Shown one piece after another: positions 10,389-18,078 of a stretch of 64,000 nucleotides of DNA. Made by a program: the position numbers and the translations under genes. Source of the DNA: Methanomassiliicoccales archaeon (GTDB taxonomy: Archaea > Thermoplasmatota > Thermoplasmata > Methanomassiliicoccales > UBA472). The notes under the pieces are model-generated. The model had not been told where the DNA came from. It saw only the letters and a program-made list of their open reading frames with translations, and did not search any database. The stretch lies in the NCBI GenBank assembly GCA_013415865.1, contig CP058896.1, positions 700,921 through 764,920 of the forward strand, given 5' to 3'. Position 1 is the stretch's first letter. Every line of letters starts with the position of its first letter.

Positions 10389-10676
10389 ATGGATAAGAAG
10401 AACAAGGAAGAGGAGGAGGAACGTCCTTGTTGTCCATCATCTGCTGCAAGGATGATCAGAAAGGTCATGATTGGTGGAAAGGAGGTTGGGATCGCTCAAC
10501 TTGACCAGATCATTTCTAAGATCTCTAAGATGTCGTTGACCGATGAAAATGAGTTATCATCTGTGCTGATAAAAGAGGTCAAGATCTATAATTACGTACC
10601 TAGATCGAAAGAAAACGAATATCGTAAGGCAGTGATGGAGGAGTACAGGAAAAGGACCCATGGTCCCCAAAGATAA
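10389..10676 (+). CDS. Hypothetical protein with N-terminal CC pair (possible metalloid-binding)
   Basis: PCCPSS...GKEVGIAQLD...NYVP; lies within the ars island. Confidence 0.6.
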   Translation: MDKKNKEEEEERPCCPSSAARMIRKVMIGGKEVGIAQLDQIISKISKMSLTDENELSSVLIKEVKIYNYVPRSKENEYRKAVMEEYRKRTHGPQR

Positions 10677-10777
10677 GAACGCGCAGAGGAACGGGACATT
10701 CATAACTTATGAGAGCCCGTTTTTATTAGGAACCCAGCACATGAAATTCGGATGATGCCCCACATAATGGATAAGGA

Positions 10778-11152
10778 TCATTTTCCTAGCTCTTTGCGTC
10801 CTTTTTCTGTGATGAAGTAGATCCTCCAACGATGTCTTGGGGACGATTCGATAAGCCCTTCACCTTCCAGAATGTTCAGGTGGTATGACAATTTAGAATC
10901 CGACAGACCAGTGATGTCCTTAAGAACACAGGGGCACAGGTCTGTCCGCATCAGAGCGTGGAGTATCTGTAACCTTTTCGGATCTGACATGGCCTGGAAC
11001 AATTTTGCTTGATTTGAAAGATGTTCATTATCTGGTAATTTTTTTTTCAGCTCGCACAACCCCCCGATTTTCAAAAGACTTTCCTTCATTTCTTCAGGTA
11101 GATTGAGAGGGCTCTCGCAACATTGGATGTCTGTCTTTTTCTTATTTTTCAT
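10778..11152 (-). CDS. arsR: ArsR/SmtB family transcriptional repressor
   Basis: SDPKRLQIL, DLCPC and SKLSYHLNIL wHTH; divergent from acr3. Confidence 0.85.
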   Translation of the reverse strand: MKNKKKTDIQCCESPLNLPEEMKESLLKIGGLCELKKKLPDNEHLSNQAKLFQAMSDPKRLQILHALMRTDLCPCVLKDITGLSDSKLSYHLNILEGEGLIESSPRHRWRIYFITEKGRKELGK

Positions 11153-11624
11153 TGACTTTTCAACTCTCTGAAATTAAGATGTGATATCTCACCAAAGACT
11201 TATTGATTTCACCGTACCTTTTCAAGATTTGATGAATGGGTTCTTATCAGAAAGATTATTGGGATCGGTCGTTCAACGAGCTGTAGGTTTCATTAGAGTT
11301 CACACGACGTCAAGGGGGAACCACGGGTCCGGATGTGGTTGGAACCATGGTAAGAATCCTTTATTCGACGTTCGACGTTTGAACCTGCACATATCAACGC
11401 GAAATCTATTCTAGGCCCTCAGTGAAGGAAAGTAGAAGCTCAAATACGATCTGATGATTAAAGCACTTACATATGGAAGGATTGTATATTTTATTAACAG
11501 AGGCGCGTCGAATAATAATCTTTTACCAATGTCCTTAGGGATTGGGCATACGGCCCTTGACGTTCCTTTTTTTAAATCCGTAACGATGGTTAGGAACTTA
11601 TTAAATATCTGAAAAATGTTTCAA

Positions 11625-11640
11625 TTCAATATTAGTTGAA
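11625..11640. promoter_or_regulatory. TTCAA-N6-TTGAA palindrome upstream of acr3
   Basis: TTCAATATTAGTTGAA about 35 bp before the acr3 start, nested in a wider TTTCAAT...ATTGAAA inverted repeat. Confidence 0.55.
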
Positions 11641-11674
11641 ATATTGAAAGAACGATGTTGGGGGGCGTTATGGA

Positions 11675-12790
11675 TTGCTTGATGATGAGATCGGGGTGCA
11701 ATCGGTTCCAATTGTGAAAAAATTGTCATTCCTGAACAAATACCTCACGATCTGGATATTCTCCGCTATGGCATTGGGGGTCGGATTGGGCGTTGTCGTT
11801 CCAGAGCTTGCCGATGCTCTTGATCGGATGAGCGTCGGAACGACCTCTATACCCATAGCGATAGGGCTCATACTGATGATGTATCCTCCATTGGCCAAGG
11901 TCAAGTATGAAGAGCTTGGACAGATAACGAAGCAGCCTGAAGCAAAGAAGATGTTCGGGACGTCCTTGGCCCTCAATTACATCGTCGGTCCGCTTCTTAT
12001 GTTCTCTCTCGCCTGGATATTCCTTCCCGAACAACCTGAATACAGGATCGGCCTAATCCTCACCGGTGTCGCTAGATGCATCGCCATGGTGCTGGTATGG
12101 AACCAACTGGCTGAGGGGGACAGCGAATATGCGGCCATATTGGTGGCATTGAACTCTATATTCCAGATAATCTTGTACTCATTCTACGCCTACTTCCTCA
12201 TCGCTATCCTGTCCGATGTGGTGTCGCCCGGGTCTGGGGTGGCCGTGGATATTTCCATCGTATCGGTGGCGATCAGCGTCATCATCTATCTTGGCATACC
12301 TTTCTTTGCTGGAATATTGAGCAGATACTACATACGTCCTCGAAAGGGGGCGGATTGGTATGACAACGTTTTCATGAGCTCTGCTGGCAAGATGTCGCTG
12401 TTGGCACTCCTTTTCACCATAGTGGTCATGTTCTCGTTGAGGGCCGAGACCATCATCGACTCTCCGCTGGACGTCGTCCATATTGCCATCCCGTTGCTGT
12501 GTTATTTCGTCATCATGTTCCTGTTCTCTTTCTGGCTTTCGATGAGGTTCAACTATGATTACGCACATGCGGCGACACAGTCCTTCACGGCCGCAAGCAA
12601 TAATTTTGAGCTTGCCATAGCTGTGGCGGTGGGAGTCTTCGGAATAGGCTCGGCGGTCGCCTTCGCGACCGTGATCGGACCTCTCGTTGAAGTGCCTGTC
12701 CTGATATCGTTGGTTAACCTGGCCCTTTACTTCCGCCGTAAATATTATGATGAGCACGGAAGGATCAAAAGGCGCTCGACGGGGGCCTGA
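11675..12790 (+). CDS. acr3: Acr3 arsenite efflux transporter
   Basis: MMYPPLAKV, ARCIAMV, SNNFELAIAVA and GPLVEVPVL. Confidence 0.95.
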   Translation: MLDDEIGVQSVPIVKKLSFLNKYLTIWIFSAMALGVGLGVVVPELADALDRMSVGTTSIPIAIGLILMMYPPLAKVKYEELGQITKQPEAKKMFGTSLALNYIVGPLLMFSLAWIFLPEQPEYRIGLILTGVARCIAMVLVWNQLAEGDSEYAAILVALNSIFQIILYSFYAYFLIAILSDVVSPGSGVAVDISIVSVAISVIIYLGIPFFAGILSRYYIRPRKGADWYDNVFMSSAGKMSLLALLFTIVVMFSLRAETIIDSPLDVVHIAIPLLCYFVIMFLFSFWLSMRFNYDYAHAATQSFTAASNNFELAIAVAVGVFGIGSAVAFATVIGPLVEVPVLISLVNLALYFRRKYYDEHGRIKRRSTGA

Positions 12791-12793
12791 CGT

Positions 12794-13012
12794 ATGGACG
12801 AGAGGACCAGGGAGCTCGTTGCGATAGCGGCCTCGGTGGCAGGTCGTTGTCAACCATGCTTCAGGCATCATTTGGAGAGGTCTAGAGAGCTTGGCGTGAG
12901 CGATGAGGATATCAGGTCGACCATCGCCTTGGCCTCGCGGATAAGCGAGGTGGGCGATCAACGGATGGTCGAGTTTGTGGAGTCGTTGATGAAGGGGGGA
13001 ATGGAGGGGTAG
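12794..13012 (+). CDS. Carboxymuconolactone decarboxylase/AhpD-like protein
   Basis: RELVAIAASVAGRCQPCFRHH (CxxCxxxH). Confidence 0.85.
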   Translation: MDERTRELVAIAASVAGRCQPCFRHHLERSRELGVSDEDIRSTIALASRISEVGDQRMVEFVESLMKGGMEG

Positions 13013-13014
13013 AT

Positions 13015-13626
13015 ATGGTGATAGAAGAGATCGACCTTTATCGTTTGAGCGCGGATGTCCTGGAGAACTATCTCCCGACCGATAAGAGCCCGCCTGAGGG
13101 CTTTGGGTCCTGGGGGGATTTCGCGAAGGCATTGACAGATGGCAAGGCCAGAGCATCCGATTGTAAAAAGATCGACGGTAAGATGGCCTTTGCCATGGAT
13201 GCTGTCCTGAGCATAGATATCCATTTGCCTGAGAGCGACCCAATGCAAAGGAAGGTGCCAGAGGTCCTCTTCGAGTACAACTCGCCTGATGTGGGCTCGC
13301 CTGTGTTGCTCACCAGCAACTCGGTCATCACTCACCAGATCTTGAAGTTGGTCCTTGATACGGCCAAAGTGAAGGCCTTCGTGATTCCAGTTGACACTAA
13401 TGGTTACACGCTGGACAACGCAGTCATCACCGGTAACTTCACCCCCATGGGGGTGCTGAAGGCATTGACCGATAGCAACATTGCTGCCAAGACCGGGGCA
13501 AAGAGGGCAGTGCTCCCGGGTCTGGCGAAGGACCTGAAGAACAATATCGAGCGGGCCACAAGATGGAGCATGGAGGTAGGTCCGGTCAGCGCGTTCGAGC
13601 TTCCATTGTATCTTCTGACCAGATGA
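13015..13626 (+). CDS. Truncated AcsC/CdhE (CFeSP gamma)/HgcA-like corrinoid-binding protein with degenerate Fe-S domain
   Basis: PDVGSPVLLTSN, DTNGYTLDNAVITGNF, LPG and WSMEVGPVSAFELP match the AcsC C-terminal corrinoid-binding domain. The N-terminal YLP...FAKAL..GKA...C resembles the AcsC Fe-S domain. Confidence 0.75.
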   Translation: MVIEEIDLYRLSADVLENYLPTDKSPPEGFGSWGDFAKALTDGKARASDCKKIDGKMAFAMDAVLSIDIHLPESDPMQRKVPEVLFEYNSPDVGSPVLLTSNSVITHQILKLVLDTAKVKAFVIPVDTNGYTLDNAVITGNFTPMGVLKALTDSNIAAKTGAKRAVLPGLAKDLKNNIERATRWSMEVGPVSAFELPLYLLTR

Positions 13627-13671
13627 CCTGATGTAGATAATGGTCGATTTAGGACAAGATACGGGACATAC

Positions 13672-13950
13672 ATGGCAGGCATCTTGGTCAAAAGGTTCGA
13701 ATGGCCGGCCTCTTGGCTCAAAGGGGAGGTCAGGTTGCATTGCATCGCATGTGAAGCTGAGGTGGAGAGGATGGAAAAGGTGTGCCCCCGATGCAACGCC
13801 CCTCTGCGCAAGGAGTGTCCCATCTGCCACTACTGGGTGGAGATGGATGCCTCGACCTGCGTATCATGCAGATATCTGTTCCCCCTCCCTCTGAAGAGCA
13901 AGGCCACGGTCAGGATGTGGCACGGAGCAGATGCTTCGGGGGGTCCTTGA
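13672..13950 (+). CDS. Double zinc ribbon protein
   Basis: Four CxxC motifs (CIAC, CPRC, CPIC, CVSC). Confidence 0.7.
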   Translation: MAGILVKRFEWPASWLKGEVRLHCIACEAEVERMEKVCPRCNAPLRKECPICHYWVEMDASTCVSCRYLFPLPLKSKATVRMWHGADASGGP

Positions 13951-14065
13951 GCGGACGAACGATCCTGATTGGTCATCGATGAAAGAGCTAAAAATCAGGA
14001 TGAAATGTAATAAAGGCGTTTGAGGACCTCACGGCCCTCCCTATACCAAAATCAGCAGGAGCTGA

Positions 14066-14245
14066 TCAGTACCTGTCCTTCGGCTTGTGCTTCTGATAGC
14101 AGTCGCGGCAGTAGACAGGCCTTCCCTCGGTCGGCTTGAACGGTACCTGCGTCTGCTGTCCGCAGTCCGAGCAAGTAACATCGTGCATCTCGCGTGGCCC
14201 ATCGTTCCTGGGGCGGAAGCCGCCCTTACCTCTGTTTCCGTACAT
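14066..14245 (-). CDS. CxxC-x17-CxxC domain protein (59 aa)
   Basis: Below the ORF-track cutoff; translates as MYGNRGKGGFRPRNDGPREMHDVTCSDCGQQTQVPFKPTEGRPVYCRDCYQKHKPKDRY. Confidence 0.9.
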   Translation of the reverse strand: MYGNRGKGGFRPRNDGPREMHDVTCSDCGQQTQVPFKPTEGRPVYCRDCYQKHKPKDRY

Positions 14246-14411
14246 TACTAAACTACCTATGTTGTCTTATTTCCTGAACCCCTTGCGAAGAACAGGATAT
14301 CCGTGCTATGCCGCCCCTACTATTTAAAAGAATGTGCAAGATGTATGAAAATGGGCGCGGGCCCTTTCATCCTCGGACCGCTGGCCAAAATGAACGTCCT
14401 GTCCTTTCAAT

Positions 14412-15320
14412 TCAACGGGGAAGAAGGCCCGCATCCTTCACGATCTCAGGTATTATCTCCTCCCATGCGACGGCCATCAAGTGAACGCCGTGGACCCCTT
14501 CTATGCCCTTGAGATGCTCGATCTGCTCGAGACATAACCTTGCTCCCTCTGCCTTTTGGTCCGAGGCCTTTTTCATCCTGTCGATTACCTCGTCGGGCAC
14601 GATCATCCCTGGGACCTTGTTCTTCATGTACAGGGCCGCCTTGTGCGATCTGATCGGCATCACCCCTGCCAAGATATGGGCCATCTCATGGAGGCCCATC
14701 GACCTCACCTGCCTCATCCAGGACTCGAACCTTCCGACATCATAGACTGCCTGGGTCTGGATGAAATCGGCCCCTGCCGCGACCTTTTTGGCCAGCCTCC
14801 TCGCCCGGTATTCGAATGGGTCGGCGAAGGGATTCGCGGCCGCTCCAAGGAAGAGCTTTGGGGGCTCCTCGAGCTTATCCCCTCCCCATACCTCTGCCTC
14901 GTCCCTCATCCTGCGAAAGATCATAAGCTGTTGGACAGGGTCGACGTCGTAGACGTTCTTGGCCTCTTTCTGGTTCCCGAACGATTGGTGGTCACCGCTT
15001 ATGCAGAGCACGTTCCTTATACCAAGCGCGCTCGCCCCGAGGATGTCCGACTGCATGGCTATCCTGTTCCTGTCCCTGCAGGTCATCTGTATGATCGGTT
15101 CCAGGCCCTCCTGGAGGCAGACCACCCCTGAGGCGATGCTCGAGAGCCGGACGATCGCTGTCTGATTGTCCGTAAGATTGAAAGCATCGGCGCTTCCCTT
15201 CATGACCCTCGCGTGCCTTCTGATGACCTCGGCGCTAGCTGACTTTGGTGGACCTATCTCTGCCGTGACCGCGAACCTTCCTTTCGAAAGAACGGCCTCC
15301 AGGTTGCTGCCCGCCTTCAT
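14412..15320 (-). CDS. metF: Methylenetetrahydrofolate reductase
   Basis: TAEIGPPK, NLTDNQTA, CRDRNRIAMQSDILGA and GADFIQTQ. Confidence 0.93.
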   Translation of the reverse strand: MKAGSNLEAVLSKGRFAVTAEIGPPKSASAEVIRRHARVMKGSADAFNLTDNQTAIVRLSSIASGVVCLQEGLEPIIQMTCRDRNRIAMQSDILGASALGIRNVLCISGDHQSFGNQKEAKNVYDVDPVQQLMIFRRMRDEAEVWGGDKLEEPPKLFLGAAANPFADPFEYRARRLAKKVAAGADFIQTQAVYDVGRFESWMRQVRSMGLHEMAHILAGVMPIRSHKAALYMKNKVPGMIVPDEVIDRMKKASDQKAEGARLCLEQIEHLKGIEGVHGVHLMAVAWEEIIPEIVKDAGLLPR

Positions 15321-16021
15321 CTCGATGCCCCCTTTGCCCTTTTCTCCTCATCGGTCAGCACTGCCTCTTTCCTGACGACCTTCCTTGGACCGCCGCTCCT
15401 GCTGGGCCGCCAATCCCTCGGTGGTATGGGGACATCCATCAGATCTGGACGGCCGAGCCTCTCAAGGCTGTTATATATCTGGTCCCATGCGCAAGGAACG
15501 TCAGGGCCGATCTCGCATCTGCCGCCCTGTGAGCCGCCGCAAGGACCGTTCATCAACGACTTGGAGCACCTGGCCACCGGGCATATCCCCCCTGTCAGAT
15601 GCAGGACGCAGTCCCCACATCCCCCGCATTTTTCAAGATAGATCCCATGTTCCTCTGGGGCCCCCATGTTAGAGGTGTTCAGGCCGGGGACCACCCTGAT
15701 GTCCGGGTACATTTCCTGGACCACCTGGGCACCGACCCCGCAGGCCAGGGAGATGATGCAATCCTTCCCTATGATGGCCTGCTCCAGCTGTGCCACGAAC
15801 TCCTTCTCACATGCCCGTTCCAAGGTCTCCTCCGATATATCCCACCCTTTTGACCTGAGGTCAGAGTGCAACCTCAACGCCTCTGAGAGGACGCCGACCT
15901 CCTTCTCCCCTCCGGCAAGACATATGGCCACGCATGACCTGCAGCCGACGACCAAGATCTCCCTGTGCCCTTCTATGATATCGATGAGCTCCTTGAGCTT
16001 CTTCTGCTCCCCTATGATCAT
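15317..16021 (-). CDS. metV: MTHFR Fe-S/Zn subunit MetV
   Basis: GCRSCVAIC, ACGVG and CGGCGDC...GGICPVARCSKSLMNGPCGG..C; overlaps the metF start. Confidence 0.9.
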   Translation of the reverse strand: MIIGEQKKLKELIDIIEGHREILVVGCRSCVAICLAGGEKEVGVLSEALRLHSDLRSKGWDISEETLERACEKEFVAQLEQAIIGKDCIISLACGVGAQVVQEMYPDIRVVPGLNTSNMGAPEEHGIYLEKCGGCGDCVLHLTGGICPVARCSKSLMNGPCGGSQGGRCEIGPDVPCAWDQIYNSLERLGRPDLMDVPIPPRDWRPSRSGGPRKVVRKEAVLTDEEKRAKGASR

Positions 16022-16022
16022 A

Positions 16023-16433
16023 CTAGGCCCTCCCTTCGAATACCGGCCCCAGCCTCGAGACGCGGGATGCCATCTCCCTTGCGGCCTCGGCGAAACGCCA
16101 TCCCTGGTTCGAAGCGATGTTGAACATCTCCACCCTCTCACCATCTATCCCTAGCTGCGATAGCAGCTCCCTCGCCTGCTCGACCCTTTTCCTTGCCTCG
16201 ATGTTACCGAACTGGTAATTGCAGTTCCCCTCGAGACATCCGACGACCATCACGGCATCGGCCCCATCCCTAAAGGCCTTGATGATATGTTTTACATCAA
16301 CCCTTCCAGTGCAGGGAACGCGGACCGGTATCACGGATGATGGATATTCCTGACATGTGGCACCTGCCATGTCGGCCGCCGAATATCCACAGAATGAGCA
16401 TACTAGAGCTACGATCCTCAGATCAGATGCCCC
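16023..16433 (-). CDS. mvhD: MvhD-like [2Fe-2S] subunit (start ambiguous; possibly fused to the upstream HdrA-like gene)
   Basis: RIVALVCSFCGYSAADMAG, VPCTGRV and GCLEGNCNY. The conserved N-terminus extends upstream of the ATG at 16370 with no ATG/GTG/TTG start. Confidence 0.85.
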   Translation of the reverse strand, partial: GASDLRIVALVCSFCGYSAADMAGATCQEYPSSVIPVRVPCTGRVDVKHIIKAFRDGADAVMVVGCLEGNCNYQFGNIEARKRVEQARELLSQLGIDGERVEMFNIASNQGWRFAEAAREMASRVSRLGPVFEGRA

Positions 16434-18078
16434 CTATCGATGCTTTGATCTGCTCCTCTATCTGATCGTCCCTGAAGGAGCTCAACTGGATCGCCTTGCT
16501 CGGGCATGCGCTGGCGCAGATACCGCAGCCCTGGCATCTGGACTCTTCTATCATCGCCTTCCCCTCAGGACCGATCGAAGGCGCACCATAAGGGCATACC
16601 CTGGCACAGGTCAGGCAGCCAGAGCATTTTTCCTGCCACACCTCCGCCTTCTCCCCTTCATCGAGAATGTCGCCTGCCAGCAGCGCCGATGCCTTGGCGA
16701 CCGCCGACCTGGCCTCCAAGCTCGGCCCTATCCCAAGGCTTCTCTCTACCGCAGTTCCGCAGATGAAAACCCCTTCTTTCAAAGATGATGATGGTTTGAG
16801 CTTCGCATTCGGTCTTCTCAACCTCCCATTGTCATCCAACGGGAGCCCGAGCGCCCTGGCCGTCCCATGCATATCAGGCACCTTTGTGATGTTGTCGATG
16901 ACCACCATGTCATGATCGATCTCAAGGGTCCCGCCTAGGCCAACATCGCGGACCAGCATCTTGCCCTCTACTGTCATGTCAGGCATGGAGTCGGTCCTGA
17001 TGATGATCACGCCCAACTCCTGTGCACGGCGATAGCCGTGCTCGCACTGGCCCAGTGCGAAGACCTCGCGCGTGATTATGTAGACGACCGTCCTCGGCGC
17101 CATGCTTTTGAGATAAAGGGCATTGTGCACCGCCTCATGGGTGGACAACGGGTCGAACGCGCTCTCCCCGGCATCGTCCATGGCCAACATGACCACTGTT
17201 CCGTTTGGCCTGTTGCCCGAGCGGAGCATCTCCTCGAGCTGTCTCTGGTCTATGACATTCCCTTTTATCTTTGACCGAAGAGGGTTGTCCATGGGCACCT
17301 CATCCATCGCGACGATGACCGCCCCTGCGGTCAAGGCCACCTCGCCGAGAGGTGTTCCGACCCGAATTTGAAGGTCTCCAAGACCTCCCTCAGCGCTGAT
17401 GACCTCCGATGATGTCGATATCGCAAAGGACCTTCCCGCCTTCCTGCAGAACGCTTCGAACCCGTCCTCCTCGAGCGAGACCACCTCATCGTCATGTCCT
17501 TCGTCCCCGAGCCGCTCTGAGGGGCAGATGAGCGTCACCTCATGACCCAGGGCGACCGCCTCTCTGGACGCGACCTTGGCGCTGTTACCATTACCTATGA
17601 TCAATATCGAGCTGTTGACCTTCTTATTTCTGCTGGAGGGTGTTGGTTGCAGCATCATGCACCTTCTCAAGGAACCTCGGAGCATCATCTTGGCCTTGGC
17701 CGTTGCTTCGGGCACACCATGGACCAATGCGGAATGCTCCTTGATGTTGCACACCTCGACCAGCGACCGGTCCAGACCTGCCTCTGTCGCCAACCGTTTG
17801 AACCGTCCGATAGAGATCTTATAAGAGCAACCTGCGACGATGAACCGGTCGACCTCGCCGGAGAGGAGGGAGAGGCGCATCCTGTCCTTATCCTCCCCTT
17901 CACAACAATTTTCGAGCACCTCGGCCGACCTGACATGCTGGAACATCAGCATGTCCTCCTTTAATGCTTCCAGATCGATCCTCCTGGCCACATCTCCCTT
18001 GCATCCACAGAGGAACACCGCCACCCCCTTCGGCGGGGACAATGGCGCGTGGGGCCCGTCTGGAGATGGTGGTATCAT
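16423..18078 (-). CDS. HdrA/QmoB-like Fe-S flavoprotein homolog, degenerate FAD site
   Basis: HdrA N-domain (VFLCGC, IVAGCS, NIKEH), weak IIGNGNSA dinucleotide motif, GVFICGT, and C-terminal 2x[4Fe-4S]. Confidence 0.8.
   Translation of the reverse strand: MIPPSPDGPHAPLSPPKGVAVFLCGCKGDVARRIDLEALKEDMLMFQHVRSAEVLENCCEGEDKDRMRLSLLSGEVDRFIVAGCSYKISIGRFKRLATEAGLDRSLVEVCNIKEHSALVHGVPEATAKAKMMLRGSLRRCMMLQPTPSSRNKKVNSSILIIGNGNSAKVASREAVALGHEVTLICPSERLGDEGHDDEVVSLEEDGFEAFCRKAGRSFAISTSSEVISAEGGLGDLQIRVGTPLGEVALTAGAVIVAMDEVPMDNPLRSKIKGNVIDQRQLEEMLRSGNRPNGTVVMLAMDDAGESAFDPLSTHEAVHNALYLKSMAPRTVVYIITREVFALGQCEHGYRRAQELGVIIIRTDSMPDMTVEGKMLVRDVGLGGTLEIDHDMVVIDNITKVPDMHGTARALGLPLDDNGRLRRPNAKLKPSSSLKEGVFICGTAVERSLGIGPSLEARSAVAKASALLAGDILDEGEKAEVWQEKCSGCLTCARVCPYGAPSIGPEGKAMIEESRCQGCGICASACPSKAIQLSSFRDDQIEEQIKASIGGI

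Noticed and set aside
11670-11717. Short Cys-containing uORF (MDCLMMRSGCNRFQL) overlapping the acr3 start
   Set aside because: Too short to distinguish from chance; no supporting conservation visible.
13015-13626. Calling this gene hgcA (mercury methylase)
   Set aside because: It lacks the N(V/I)WCA(A/G)GK Cys, the C-terminal TM helices and an adjacent hgcB ferredoxin.
12179-13830. Long minus-strand ORFs (354 aa and 290 aa)
   Set aside because: Antisense to acr3/CMD/AcsC-like genes with no recognisable motifs; typical of GC-rich shadow frames.
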